A DNA stretch of 61,744 nt, filler included, from Ionaspis alba (lineage: Eukaryota): the NCBI GenBank assembly GCA_964255285.1. It is 4 parts of 4 records of this genome, joined end to end, with 100 filler letters (N's around TTAATTAATTAA, not from the genome) between each part and the next. Parts side by side here need not be neighbours in the genome. Positions count along the whole stretch, not along the records: positions 15,482 to 30,858 come from CAXUUL010000381.1; positions 30,959 to 46,310 come from CAXUUL010000382.1; 2 more parts are not named here. One strand, given 5' to 3'. Shown piece after piece: positions 25,310-38,071 of this stretch. The notes beneath the pieces are model-generated. The model saw only the letters and a list, made by a program, of their open reading frames with translations, did no database searches and was not told the origin of the DNA. Made by a program: the position numbers and the translations under genes. Each line of letters starts with the position of its first letter. Positions within the stretch are counted from its first letter, which is position 1.

Positions 25310-27156
25310 ATGACAGCCCGAACAGAGGACTCCGGGCACCACCGCTCTGCCTCGGAATCATCCTCTTCAACCCTCAATGAAGAAGGCTCTCCGCTATTGA
25401 AGTCATTTCCTCTTTCCCCAATCACCCTTACTCCTTCTCCCGCGTCACTAGGCCAGCTTTCGGCGGCTGATCAGGCGGCCAAGCGACTTCGCTGGCGAGT
25501 GACTCTTCTTATCATTGCCTTGATCATCTGCGTTGATCTGCCCGGCATGTTGCAAAGCAACCCAATGGTGCGGATCATGGAGGATATCTTCTGTCGGAAA
25601 TATTACGCTGGAGTGGATGCTCAGGGAGTAGGGGCGCAGCGCGTCATCGAGGAAAGCTTGTGTAAAGGCGAGGTGGTGCAGGGAGAATTGGCTGGCTTTA
25701 GAGGATGGATGAGTACGCTGGATCATTTACCTGGTGAGTGATAGAAGGTCTGGTGGAATGGGATAGGGTATTGACTTGCTTGTAGGACTGTTCTTGGCGG
25801 TGCCATTCGGGATTCTGGCAGACAAGTATGGGCGGAAGTGGTTGATGGTGATGAACGTTGTTGTCATCCAGCTGAGATGTACCTGGATGTTCCTTGTCTG
25901 TGAGTCTTACGATAAAATTGACATACTACATTTGCCATTGTTTGTCTGGCTGACCTTGGCGATACCACAGGCCTTCTTCCCCACATCCTTCCAATGAAAG
26001 CAATGTGGTTCCAATCTCTCTTCTCCATTTTCGGCGGCGGCTCAATGGTGGCTACCTCCCTGATTTTCGTGATGATCTCGGATGTGACGCCAAAAGCTGA
26101 AATGTGAGTAGCGTCTTATCATCCTATCTAATGCTTACCTTAATGCTGACAAACACTAGGGCAAGCACATTCTTCCGCTTGTCCTCCGCGAACTACCTAT
26201 GCTTCCTCATCGGTCCGCCCCTCGCCGCCTGGCTGATGGCCAAGAACCCCTGGCTCCCTTTCACCCTCGGTGTCTGCCTCCAAGCCATCGCCATCCCAGT
26301 CACCCTTGCCATGCCGGAAACGCTCGGCGCACGGAAAGTCGACAAGAATGGTAGCGTCGAGTCCGATATCGACAGTGATCCTCTTGACCTTTCTGAGAAA
26401 GACCGTCCCGCGACACCCAGAACGTTGCATCTCAACCAACCTCGGAGGATCTTTGCTGCAATGAGAAAGGCTATAGCATCTTTAGCCACGGCGTCCGCTT
26501 TCCTCCTCTCTACGTGGCGCATCCCGTTTTTCCTCTCTATATACCCTTTTCGCATGCTTATGTCTGCTCTTGACTCGCTCCTGCTGCAATACATCAGCAA
26601 GCGCTACGATTGGCCCTTTAGTGCGGCGACAAATATCTATAGCGTCCTCGCTGGGGCGTCCATGCTGGTTCTTCTCTTCCTGCTACCGTGGTTGTCCTCG
26701 TTCCTGCAGAAGAAACGCGGATACACCACCAGCCGCAAAGACGTTCTACTCACAAGGCTGGGACTGACAGCTTTTGCAGCGGGTCTGCTAGTGACCGGCG
26801 TTGCTCCCAGTATTGGGGTGCTGATCACCGGATTGGTTATCGGCGCCTTGGGTAGCGGCGTCGGGAGTGCAATGAGAGCGCTGTTGACCAGTTGGGTGAA
26901 GCCCAACGAGGTTGCGAGACTCTATTCCGCTCTCAGCATAGTGGAGACAGCGGGCATGACGGCCGGCGGCCCAATTTGTGCGGGGCTATTCTCGGCTGGC
27001 ATGAACTGGGCTAAGGGTGGAGGCACTCAGATGTGGTTGGGACTGCCATGGATGGTGGTGGGTGCCATGAGCTGTATTATTGTGGTGCTAGTTTGGGTGG
27101 TTCGGTTTGGAGATAGGAAGGACGATATGGAAGATGGAAAGGAAGGGAGAGATTAG
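25310..27156 (+). CDS. MFS transporter (efflux-pump type), 4 exons
   Basis: MFS motif A GILADKYGRK; many TM helices; GT..AG introns. Confidence 0.88.
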
Positions 27157-27507
27157 ACGACGAGATGGACCAGGACGGTACAAGATGATCCCTAGAGCGT
27201 GGGATTCAGCCTGGACTTTGTGCCAGGAGATCGATCTATGTTATAGACTGAACCATATTCGCACCAGGAGCTTGGAGGAGTAAGATAAGAGACACATTTT
27301 TTTTTGGCAATTATACCCAAACTAGATAGATCCGAAATCGAATGCATCCAAAGCTTCGTTCTCTGCTTCCGCATCAAACCGAGATGTGTTTCCACGGAGG
27401 CCAAATGNNNNNNNNNNNNNNNNNNNNNNNNNNNNNNNNNNNNNNNNNNNNNNNNNNNNNNNNNNNNNNNNNNNNNNNNNNNNNNNNNNNNNNNNNNNNN
27501 NNNNNNN

Positions 27508-28506
27508 ATTCGAGCCCGCTTCCCTCCGCAATCTTGCCCACGCACTCTCTCCTTCCGCGTTGTTGGCACTAGAAGCGTCATCCATATTGCCAGCCGTAGG
27601 GCTCGCATCGTCCTGACCGCCGTAGAAATCCTCGCTCCCTCTAGACTCTGCTGGTTTCCTATTCGCAGCAGCTGCTGCAGCCCGACTCCACGCCGTGGGC
27701 TTCTGCGGTCTCGTCTCCTCCGTCTGCGTCGTTGCATCAATTGCCGAGTCCCCATCCATAGCAGACCCCGTATCCATACCCTCGCCACCAGTGGGGCTCA
27801 TATCGCTGCTGCCCTCTTCCAAATGCTTCCTATGATTTTTCCACAACTCCCCCGCACTGATCGGCCCCTGTCCCGTGATATCCCTCCCCCCATTCCTACC
27901 CATCCGCCTATCCGTCGCCTCATCCTTCACGGCCTCCATCAGCGGCTTCAACCTGTTGTCCCTCAACTCCCCCACCACACCAACACTAGCAGCATAACTC
28001 CCCACAATCGCACCACCCACCAGCATCCCAAAAACACCATACCCACACCCTCTCGAAAAATGCCAAACCCTTCTCGCAGCCTGCCCCTTCAGTGGACCAA
28101 ATTTGTCGGGTGTAAATGTCTCCTTGTTAGGTTCGAAGAATGGAAACCGCCACGTAGACCGCGTCTTGTAGGCGCGGGATAGCCCCGCTGCAAAACCAAG
28201 CGGTGGACCGTAGCTGGCGATTGAGGACGCATGCGCTGTGTGATATGCAATTGCATCTATCTCGTCGCGTGTAGGCGGGCGATCGAGGCGGGCGGCAGCG
28301 GAGGCTATGGCAACGGAGATGAGGGCAGCAAGGCGCAGTTGGGTGAAGCCGAACATGGGGCCGAAGATGGGCATGCCGCTGGGGAGTGTGGAGAGGTCTA
28401 TGATTGTATGTTCCGGGTTTGGAGAGGAGGAAGTGTCTGTGTCCGGGGGATTGGAGGAGTCGGTGTAGAAGTCGCCATCTGAGGCTGTTGCTTCGGTTAG
28501 GACCAT
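27508..28506 (-). CDS. Uncharacterised fungal membrane protein; 3' end probably in the gap 27408-27507
   Basis: Long ORF from ATG 28506 with hydrophobic segments, WRFPF motif and C-terminal SAWARLR; function not assignable. Confidence 0.7.
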
Positions 28507-28900
28507 TGTGGAGGGCGTGTAAAAGGAATTGTCTAGAGGCTGTCGACAGATGGGAGAGGATGGGGCAGGTGTATTCGAGGATATTGTGGGGAAATTCTTC
28601 GCGTCTGATGACGACAGAAGTGTTTCCACGCGCTCAACTGGGACCACCAAAAGTGTACAGCTTAGCGTAGGATACGGGTGACCAAGGGTAATCCTACACC
28701 CTCATTTTAGGGGGACCTAGTACCTAATCCGCGAGAATGACTACGGAAAGCTCTGAAGAACTCACATCCATACACCGATTAGAGAAAATGCTGCAAAGTC
28801 CGTCCCTGACCTCATGAGAAAGTGATCAAACTGGCAGGGTCTAAGTTATCACGCGATATAGTGTATACCTTGCTCTAACGATGTGATTTACTCTTCATCT

Positions 28901-30500
28901 TCAAAGCTGGAATCTCCACCTTGGATCCTCGTCTCCCAACCACTCGCCATCGCCAGAATCCCGTAGCTCGGTCCCATCCCCATACGCAGCATCTCTCCGC
29001 TTGTTTTCTCTACTCAGCACCAGCCACAAGGTACTTACGACAACCAGATTGAGCACCATGTACCCCAGAGCAAACCCGTGTCCGAGAAAGAAGCGGGGCG
29101 AACTCTCCGTTCGATACAATTGTGTGCCCAAGACGGCACCCAAGTTCCCAATGCTGATTTGCATCGCACCAGCAGTGGCGCGCTTAGTCTGACCCGAGAC
29201 ATTATTGGCAGGCCACGCTAGCACGATGGCCGTGGCGGGATAAATGCCGGAGGCGGCGAGAATGGTTCCACCGTAGGATGCAGCGGGAGAGGGAGCATTC
29301 AGGAGGACGATGTAGCCAAGGATGGCAACAGAGGAGGGGATGAGAATGAACGGAGCGCGCATGCGATAACGCTCAGAGAGGATGGCGTTCAGAACGGTTA
29401 AGCCGGTTGCTATGGTATAAGGAGGGATGGTCATGAGCTGGGCTTGTGCGGCAGTATAGCCGAGGGCGCGGATGATGGTCGGAAGGAAGAGGGAGAGCGT
29501 GTAAAGTGGCAGGGACATCGTATGGAAGGCCAAGCCATAAAGCCAACATTTGGGATCGGTCAAAGCTTTGGAGACGTTGGGCCATGTAAAGAGCTCGGTG
29601 TTGGTGGCATCGCTATCCGCTTTCAATCGCGCGTGTACGTGAGCACGTTCATCCGTGGAGAGAAATGATGCGCTGTCCGGGTAGTTGTGGATGAAAAAGT
29701 AGGCGCCGAAAGCCACGAGGACCGTGAGGATGCCTTCAAGGATGAAGATCCAGCGCCAGCCGTTGTAGCCACCGACTCCTTTCATGAAAGCAATACCCTG
29801 CAGGAAATTAGACCTAGGAGTCAGATGGAGTTCTTGTTCTCATACATAGGCCAAGATGCCGCCGAAAGCTCCTGCTAGAGAAGCTGCACTGAAGAAGAGT
29901 GCAATTCGGTAATGCTGCTCGTTTCGCTTGTACCTAGTATGTATTATCGTCTGTTGATCGCGCTCTGGTCCGCTGCTCTTAGTGAACATACCACATGGAT
30001 AAATAGAATACAATGCCAGGAAACAGCCCGGATTCTGTGGCACCGAGAAAAAATCTAACAGCCCAGAAGCCAGCTAGGTTCTGCGTGACGCCCATCAGAG
30101 TTGCGACCACTCCCCATGCTAAAGTCAATGTTGGTAACCAAGCTCGCGGCGAAGTGCGCTTGAGAATGATATTGCAAGGAATCTCAAATAGGACATAGCC
30201 GATGAAGTAAAGGGTAAGACCAGTCAAGTATTGGTTGCCGCTCATATGCAGGTCGTCGACCAAACCTTCGATGCGGGCATTGGCAACATTGCTGCGATCG
30301 AGAAAGGAAAGGAGGTATAGGAGAGTCAGGGCTGGAAGTAATCTGATGTCGAGCTTCCTAAGAAGCGCCTTTTCCTGCTTCCTATCAAGGGGTGCGAGAG
30401 ATGTGAAGGACTCTTCTGATGGGGCAGAAAGAGGTACTGTTGTCTTCTCGGGATCATGTTCTGTGAGAGAAGATGAAGCTGGAACGATTCTTTTCTCCAT
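28901..30500 (-). CDS. MFS transporter, anion:cation symporter (allantoate/nicotinate permease-like), 3 exons
   Basis: LLRKLDIRLLP, FLDRSNVANA, RFFLGATESGLFPG, GWRWIFILEG and NNVSGQTKRA. Confidence 0.93.
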
Positions 30501-30858
30501 TTCTGGAAGACCGAACCTCGGAGAGGATGATCCAGTGAAGGTCAGAGAGGAGAAGACTATGGCAGGCAGAGTCGGCAATCAACCAAAGCCCGAAGCAATC
30601 CAAAAGAGAGACTATCAGGGGTACTGCAACTGGTATTGTGTTACGCAAATATGCGCAACCAGTGGTGTATATGTAGGTAACTGCTCTCCAACCCGGCGCA
30701 GGGGCCAACCGGCAGCACGCTGTATATATATGTCCGTAGGAAACCAGACATTGCTTCTTTTCCCATACGTAGTAGCAGTCAATCACGTCAACAAATTCAA
30801 TAGACGGGAAATGAAATGGAGTGTGTCGCAATAAACAGAGCAAGCACGCCATCTTGAT

Positions 30859-30958
30859 NNNNNNNNNNNNNNNNNNNNNNNNNNNNNNNNNNNNNNNNNN
30901 NNTTAATTAATTAANNNNNNNNNNNNNNNNNNNNNNNNNNNNNNNNNNNNNNNNNNNN
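30859..30958. other. Artificial scaffold spacer
   Basis: N44-TTAATTAATTAA-N44. Confidence 0.97.
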
Positions 30959-31283
30959 GGACTCGCGCTTCGTCAAGGAACTCCGAGGCGGATCGTCCCC
31001 CGGCCATTGCTGTACTCGGCGCCATCTGACATATTGTAGAGGCGGCTAAAGTACGATTCATGTCAGAAGTACTCTTGTCCTGGTCTCAACATCTATAGTG
31101 TTCCCTACAATGGTCTTGCTAGTGAACCCTTAGGTCGATCCCGGTATATTCGCATTGCTTACTGAATGTAGTTTACTTCTTCTATCTAAAAAGCTCCAAA
31201 TTTATACTGCTGCTTGAAAAATGTGGAGGGGAGTTCTCGTCATCAACAACGCCAAAACAGACATTGCGCAACTCAAAATACTG

Positions 31284-32351
31284 TCACTTCTCTTTTGGCC
31301 TCAATCTTCTAGCCCAGAGGAACTCGTAGTCGGGCATGGCAGCTCTAACCCATCCTTCCATCTTGATTCCCATATCCTCTCCAAACTCCTCTCTCCACTT
31401 CTTTGCTTCCGCGTCGATATCAAGCCCGGCCGAGGTCTTTCCTCCCATGATGCCTGCTGAGGCCGACAGAGTAGACAGCATTCTCCTCACGATATCGTCC
31501 CCCAATTCCGCCAATTTTTCCTCGTCAGCTGGTGCCCAATTAAACTGCAACTTTGTAGAGTCCAAGCCGAGAATTTCACAGAAGCGAACAATGACTTCTG
31601 GCTCGGTCAGGATGTCGTCGGCCTCAAGGACCAACGGCCAAGTGGCGTCACCATCAGATTCGGAAGTGGTCTCGTTGAAATGTTGAACGTACCAATCGTA
31701 CAGAGTGCGGACCCAATGCAAAGTCATCATGCTCTTTTGTTGTCTGTCAGTCGTCTCCTCCTGAAGATCGCGATTGCAGCGATGGAGTGAAGGGAATGCC
31801 AGAGCTGGGTGTCTTATAAGGAAAGTCGGTTTCCATATTCGGAGGAATTCGTCTGGTAGAATTGTTTCGTTAAGGCTCGAACGTGTGGCTTCTGACCGCG
31901 GGATATCATGAGTCTGGACTGTCCATGGTGGCTCTTTGACACTGCTCTGACTCAGGGCAAATTTGGCTCTTGCAGTCGGCTCGATCATGAAAGTGACATG
32001 CTCTTTGACGAAAACGATCTTTTGTTCGGCTTTTGCTGTGCGTATCTGCTTTTCGAGCTCGTCGAAGGAGTCTTGGTAAGACTGCATCATCTGGTTCTTT
32101 TCATCCCGTGTCCAATCTGCGACAACCTTTTTTCTCAACTTCAGTTTACCTGCCAGACTTGCTGGCGGCAAGAAGAAGTAGCCTTGTTTACCGTGGACGA
32201 CGGCAGGTTGCTCATCCAATGCGAGGATTCGTACTAACAAGTTGGATGCAGTTCGTGGATAGGTTATTAGGTAGAAGCATTGCGGATCCGGTGTGCCTAC
32301 ACCCTGCTGCGTCTGGTTTCCCCCATTGTCCGGTCCTTCCATTGAATCCAT
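31284..32351 (-). CDS. Sulfotransferase-fold/P-loop-like fungal protein (355 aa, intronless)
   Basis: N-terminal LITYPRTASNLL (5'-PSB-like), FVKEH, TFLIRHPALAFPS (3'-PB-like) and LVLEADDI..PE. Confidence 0.72.
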   Translation of the reverse strand: MDSMEGPDNGGNQTQQGVGTPDPQCFYLITYPRTASNLLVRILALDEQPAVVHGKQGYFFLPPASLAGKLKLRKKVVADWTRDEKNQMMQSYQDSFDELEKQIRTAKAEQKIVFVKEHVTFMIEPTARAKFALSQSSVKEPPWTVQTHDIPRSEATRSSLNETILPDEFLRIWKPTFLIRHPALAFPSLHRCNRDLQEETTDRQQKSMMTLHWVRTLYDWYVQHFNETTSESDGDATWPLVLEADDILTEPEVIVRFCEILGLDSTKLQFNWAPADEEKLAELGDDIVRRMLSTLSASAGIMGGKTSAGLDIDAEAKKWREEFGEDMGIKMEGWVRAAMPDYEFLWARRLRPKEK

Positions 32352-32868
32352 GATCAGAGGAGAGCAATATTGCCGACTCCATCTTGAGACAGCGTGGATC
32401 CTACAGGTTTACGCTAACTGAGTAGGGAAGCTACTCAGATCCATCAGTCACGTGCTCTACATTAGCAAGCATATAATACCAAGCCCTAACTTTGCGATCC
32501 AGCTCTGAATCCTTTTGGCCCATAGCACTATTTTGACTCTATAATTGCTGCACTCTATTCCGTGTTTCTGGTCACACCTCAGTCAAGAAGTAGCATGACT
32601 ACACTACCCATGAGCGACAAGAAACGAGAAGGGAAGCCAAATAGAGGTAGAGAATGGGACGAGAATATGGCAACTATGAACGGCTCACATAGGGCTCGTT
32701 ATGACTTGCTAACCGAGGCCTCGAGTAGCATCAACATCCTCCGGACTGCTTCTTGGCGGGAATGAAATTGTGATAATCTATTAACCATTCGATGCACCTG
32801 AACCTGTGACATATTTATGGTCTAATCCATACATCGCTGCTCTCATTATGTTCCTTCTATAAGGCCTT

Positions 32869-33701
32869 CTATTTAGTCTTGGCACTCAATGGCACATCAC
32901 CTCCTGTAATCTCCGCTACAAAGTTTGGATTAGGATCATAAAGCATGACATGAAAGTGCTCTACGGCATGGATGCTCTTCAGCGATCGCCAATTCTTGAA
33001 CCAGATGACCTGGCGTACGATTAGTTCTGCGATTCAACACTTCGAAGCACAGCTTACATGATCTGAGGGAACTCGATGGCAGAAAGTCTCCTTCACATAC
33101 TGATCAATCTCCTGTCTAGCCTTCGGCGTCAAGTCATCCGTCGCTGGATCATCCTCGAGATCGAACTTGGTCCAAACAACGAGATGAACAATCTTCTCAT
33201 CGATACCATATGGCCAATCATTGTACAAGATCTTGATGTCGTCTAAGTAGGAGGTCAGCTCTGCAAGATTCAACAACATCCGTTTCGAAAGTGCTATTAT
33301 GGGATATACCAGGATCACTGAACGGTGCTTCTCCCTTCATACACACACTCTCCCATCGGAGTCGCTCTTGAAGCACAAAGTTCATCACGCTCCCGTACTG
33401 CCGTTTCAGCTTGGCATTGTATTCAAGGTAGCGCCGTAAATCAGAGGGCATGCGCTGGAACAGATCAATGCGATTGGTCTCTTACGAGCGTCAGATCAAA
33501 TTTTGACTTGACAGCAAGGGCGTCTGTAGTACTTATGCAGTGTTGCACTTCAGACCATGTCTGCCGGTGGTATTCGGCGTCTGGTGTACTGAGAATGCCG
33601 CGATCCTTGGCATTGGCGTTGATGAGGAAGTCAGGACAAGTTGTAGGCTGCTGAGATGAAGGGACGTTGACAAGCCAGTAGGGCAGAGTGGTGATGGTCA
33701 T
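32869..33701 (-). CDS. DUF3605 / GIG1-like protein, 4 exons
   Basis: Spliced product has [25 protein letters not shown] and [23 protein letters not shown]; stop TAG at 32871-32869. Confidence 0.85.
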
Positions 33702-34210
33702 GGTGAGGTAGTCAAGTAATCAAGATGCGGATGAATTGTAGCAGCACGATATGGCACCAGTATCTGAGAGTGTCGCAAGGCTTGGCCGCTTCCCACGATG
33801 AGAATGTGTAAAGACAGTGGTCCAATATGTTGAAGTTGTTCAGTAAATAGAAAGTCTATCAAGGAATGTATAGATTGAGCGAAGGAAATATCTATTGAAC
33901 GATGCGTACAATTATTGTTGAGGGAGAGGAAAATGTGGAACCGAGAGTCTGCGAAACAAGCGACTGCCATTTGTCACCTCGTGACAAGCTAAGGATCCAA
34001 GACCTTTTTGACTGACAGCATCCAGAATACCTACATCCAAACTATTCACATCGCTTAAGATTAGAAGTTTAGATAGGAACCGTTATTCTATCCGCTATTT
34101 AGGATCCCAAACTACCGAAGCGTAAACATTACTCGTATCGATCCGTACGCCTAGAGCCTTTCCTGCACCATGGGAACAACCCAAAAGGAAAAGCAGTATC
34201 ATCACAACCA

Positions 34211-35890
34211 TCAATATCTAAACATGACCACACCCGCCCGCTGTAGATCTAAATTCGTCGTCTTCTCAATCTCCTTCGCCACAGCCTGCGTCCCCAAAGC
34301 ACCCTGAACGATAGCCCTAATCCCCAACCACAGCAGATCGCGATACGAAAGCCTCATCGACTCGTTCACATCCTTGATACTGATGATCGTTTCCAAGAAG
34401 CTGAAGATCTCACTGCATTGCTTCTCCATATCAAACTGTGAGCTGTGCATCTGTTGCAACGTCCAGGGTGACCAGGCGCAGACGGGTGCTTGAGCAGTAA
34501 CGGGAAGCACGAGTGCGGGTATGCCGTTGAGAAGATGAACATTAAATCTAGCCTCGTTGGGGTTTCGAGCTTGCGACCAGGCTTGGGTGCGCCAGGGGGA
34601 GATGCCGAGGAAGAGGACGAGGAGGCGTTGCCCGTCGAAGCGGCGGTAAGGATCCGTGTCGCAGAGGGCAGAGATAGGGGAGTCTTCAGATGTCACAGAG
34701 AGTAGTTTGGGGGCCATCTCAAGGTCCGCTACAGACTTATGTTAGCAAGAGCGTGCTCGAATGGAAGCACAATTGGGGTTCTGACCTCGAAGACTCGGAT
34801 TGACGAGAGTGGCGATAGCAAAATCCTTCGATCGAGGGAGACTTGGCGCTCGACCACTTGCATACAGGTAAGGACAGAACCAGCCCTTATCAATGGCTGT
34901 CAAAGACTCCGCTGGATACTCGCCCACGAAATTCAGTTCTGCATCCACTCCTATGAGCTTGTGTTTGATGCGTGCTTGAACCGTCTTGGCATGCGCCGTC
35001 CTCGTGATCTTGATCGGTTTCTTGGGCTTGACATGATCGATGCCTTCGTCAACGACTTGCGTAGCGGCTTCCGAAAGACCCAGTTTGACCACTTCGTCCA
35101 CTATCACACTCCCAAATTCTAATGCGCTCGGGGCAATGGTGTCGACGCCGACGATGCCGAAGTGACCGGCCAGACCAAGTGCTGCATCTCGTTTTCTCAG
35201 GTTCGGGAGGGTGATGGGATTGTTGTCACCCCACGGAGACAAATATGCAGGGAGGGTAGCTGTAGATACAGCGGACTGAACGCTGGCGCGTACAACACGA
35301 CCAACGAGAGTATTGCTCACAAAACGCTTTCCCCAGTTGCTCTTCTGGTCCTCGATTGCTTGCTTTTGGCCATCCCTGGGGGCTTGAAAGGTATCTTCGC
35401 CGGGAGTAATAGCCGGTGTCGGAGGATACTGTACGGATGGAGGTGAGAAGTACTGGACGCCAGGAGAATACTGAGGAAGCGGGGTGTAGTGTGGGGTGGG
35501 AGGGAATTGAGAGGCTGGTGAGGCTTGAGAAGACCACGATGATTCTGGAGTAGGAGGAAATTGCGAGTAGGTCGGAGTATACTGTGCCTGACCCTGGCTG
35601 TCTACCTTGTGTACGCCAGAACCAGAAACTGGCCAAGGAGATTGTTGAGGTTGCTGATATTGGTATTGCTGCTTCTCTGGGAAGTAGCTGTCATGAGGCT
35701 GATGGGTAGGCATTTGGGCGGGGTTTCCATAAGGTGGAGGAACTGGTGGGCCTCCGTATTCCATATTAGGGAGCGGCTGCAACGGTGGTGGTTGGAAATA
35801 TGCCGATTGACTATTTGCATAATACAGAGCAGCTTGTCCTTGCTTCTCTTCCAGTGGAGGAACCCCAGGTTGGCTTGGATATGTAGCCAT
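34211..35890 (-). CDS. Uncharacterised protein with Pro/Gln/Tyr-rich N-terminus and globular C-terminal domain, 2 exons
   Basis: ORFs 34742-35890 and 34211-34717 are joined by a short intron with a GCTAAC branch site; motifs SPWGDNNP, GWFCPYLYASGR and GIPALVLP. Confidence 0.72.
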
Positions 35891-37154
35891 GGCTCAAGAA
35901 GGAAGAATGAATTAGAAGATGGATCATAGAGCTGGAGACCCTCTTTACTCTTATAGACCAGTCCCATTCTTGCGACTCTCTTCAGGGTGGGAGTGAAGGA
36001 GGCCCTGCCGTATGTAGGTGCGGCACGATGGTTCCAGCCCCTAAGTTGCACGGCTAAGACTTGAGGCTCGAAGACGAAGTGTGCCATGATCTTTGTGGTG
36101 GAACCAATCATTTATTGGACCACTATCATTACTAGGTACAGCCTTGCTGTTAGTCCCACATATTGGTATCTCCTGGCCCCCAGAGACATTCGGAGGGTTG
36201 CAGGTTTCGGACGTCAGCCTGATCGGGGCTGATATCTTACTGCATATGGTGGTAAGAAAGGATCGGCGAACAAGCAACTTGACATTCTGAAACCAAAAAG
36301 CCTCTTAATAATGTATCGTGTAGTGCAAGGCTACGGATAGCGGCGTCAATTGCTGGTGGTCGCTTCTAAAATAGCTCAATGTCACGAAGCTAAGCAATCC
36401 ACATCCTGCCCTGATTGGCTAAATAATGAAAATCAATTCATTTGATAACAAGGCGTCTCTGCTCAATTTGTTTGATGGATCCAACATTTTCACGCCTACT
36501 GGACTTTCGAGTCTGTATCATACGTTTATCGCGGCATGCGCCAATCATCATAATTGATGAGATATGCGAGCCATTTGGGGCAATGGACCAGGCTTTCCAA
36601 CCCAGGTCTGCCTCACGAATCGTCCATTGTGATTGTCCATCGTTACGGAGGCTTCCGTTCCCTCGTAATGTTGCTGATTACAAGGGCTCAGTATACTATA
36701 TAGAGTTATATGGAAAATGTTGCATAAATCGTCGAGTATCATGGTTTCCAGTGATGCCAACAACACAGACCAAAGGATGAAAGCAGTTTCCTATTCTCCG
36801 ATGGCCTTATTATCTCAATCTCTTCCAGAAGCACGTGTCTGTGTCGAACGTCAGATGGCCTCAATATATTGAGTAGTCTTCATGGATTCACGCTCCGAGG
36901 AATTTCCATCAACGGTACTAATCCTGTAAATTAATATGTCGGAGGCTTCTTCCAGTCCTACGGTTCGGAGTAAGGAAGAGCTATTTTCATATGACGAGGA
37001 TGGCCTTAAGAGAGGTCCTCCATATATATTTATGAGTCTTCCTTGTTGTCCAGTGCCCAGATTGCCGCCAGTCATGTTATGGAACGGCTCTGGAATCTCC
37101 TTCCTCATCGGTGTTGCAGAGTCAGGAGAGCTGTCTGGCACATTGTCGCGGCAT

Positions 37155-37498
37155 TGACCAAAACTGAACGCGTAATGTTTGTGGTGGCGCGAGTTCTGGT
37201 CGACCTCCAAGTGCGTTGGAAGGATCTGTTCGTCGAGAGCATCCGTGAGATGAGGAAAACAGATTTAATAGAGCACCGGATCCCTACCTATGCTGATGCA
37301 ATACCTAAAATCTCGAAGCCGATGCTGTATACTGGGGAAGAAATCAAATGGCAACCGAAACACATCCCCGAGATGATAGAAGCAGGCATTATCACGCAAT
37401 GTGATTCTCCCTGGGCAGCCAGGACGAGGTTTCCAAGGAAAGCGAGTGGAAATCTTCGGATGGTACATGCCTTTATACCCATCAATGATGCCACAATA
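37155..37498 (+). mobile_element. Ty3/Gypsy retrotransposon reverse-transcriptase N-terminal relic
   Basis: WKDLF..TDLIEHRIPT..EMIEAGIITQCDSPWAARTRFPRKASGNLRMVHAFIPINDATI matches the Gypsy RT start pattern (G.I..S.SPW...V.K.DG.LR...DYR.LN..T). It breaks off before the YxDD motif; no LTR seen. Confidence 0.8.
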
Positions 37499-38071
37499 GC
37501 GTGGTATGCAACGAGCGGAGACCTTAAAACTAAGTTCGCGCTTTGGTCTTCATTTGGCTTCGTCGTTCCGTGGTATCTCATCTCGACTGCTTTGGCTTTC
37601 ACCCTAACACTTGTCATCGCTGTGGGGTAAGCAATGGTAACTGTAGCATATTCGCTGGCTGGTTCACTTTTCTTCCAGGTCCTCTGTGAACTCTTGGTCT
37701 CCAGCAAGAGAGTATATGGTGTCCATAGCTCATCACGAGTACCAGGGGTTGGGAGGGCTTTGCGTTGAGCATCGTTGGGAAGATCAGGCTTTTCGAGTAC
37801 CTTGAATCTTTACTAGCTCAAAGAGCAGATATTAAGCCTCGGGCGAAGGAAAATGGGTTTCGTTAGTCAGGTCCGAAAAGGCTTGTGTTGAGCCTCAAGC
37901 TAGTCGTCTATAAATATCCAGTCAACGCAATTTGCTTCTTTGCAAACGCAAACTTTCAAGACACTTGTCTTTCTATAACTTCGTGACACAATCTCACTCT
38001 CGTAGCACTCCAACTTTTACTTGCATAGCCACAACAAAGAATTCAGCACTCGACAAACCAATTGTCTAAAA

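Noticed and set aside
27304..28182. Long antisense or overlapping ORFs (also 189-809, 5802-6554, 8237-9031, 50276-50962)
   Set aside because: These are shadows of real genes on the opposite strand or run through N-gaps; no protein-family signal.
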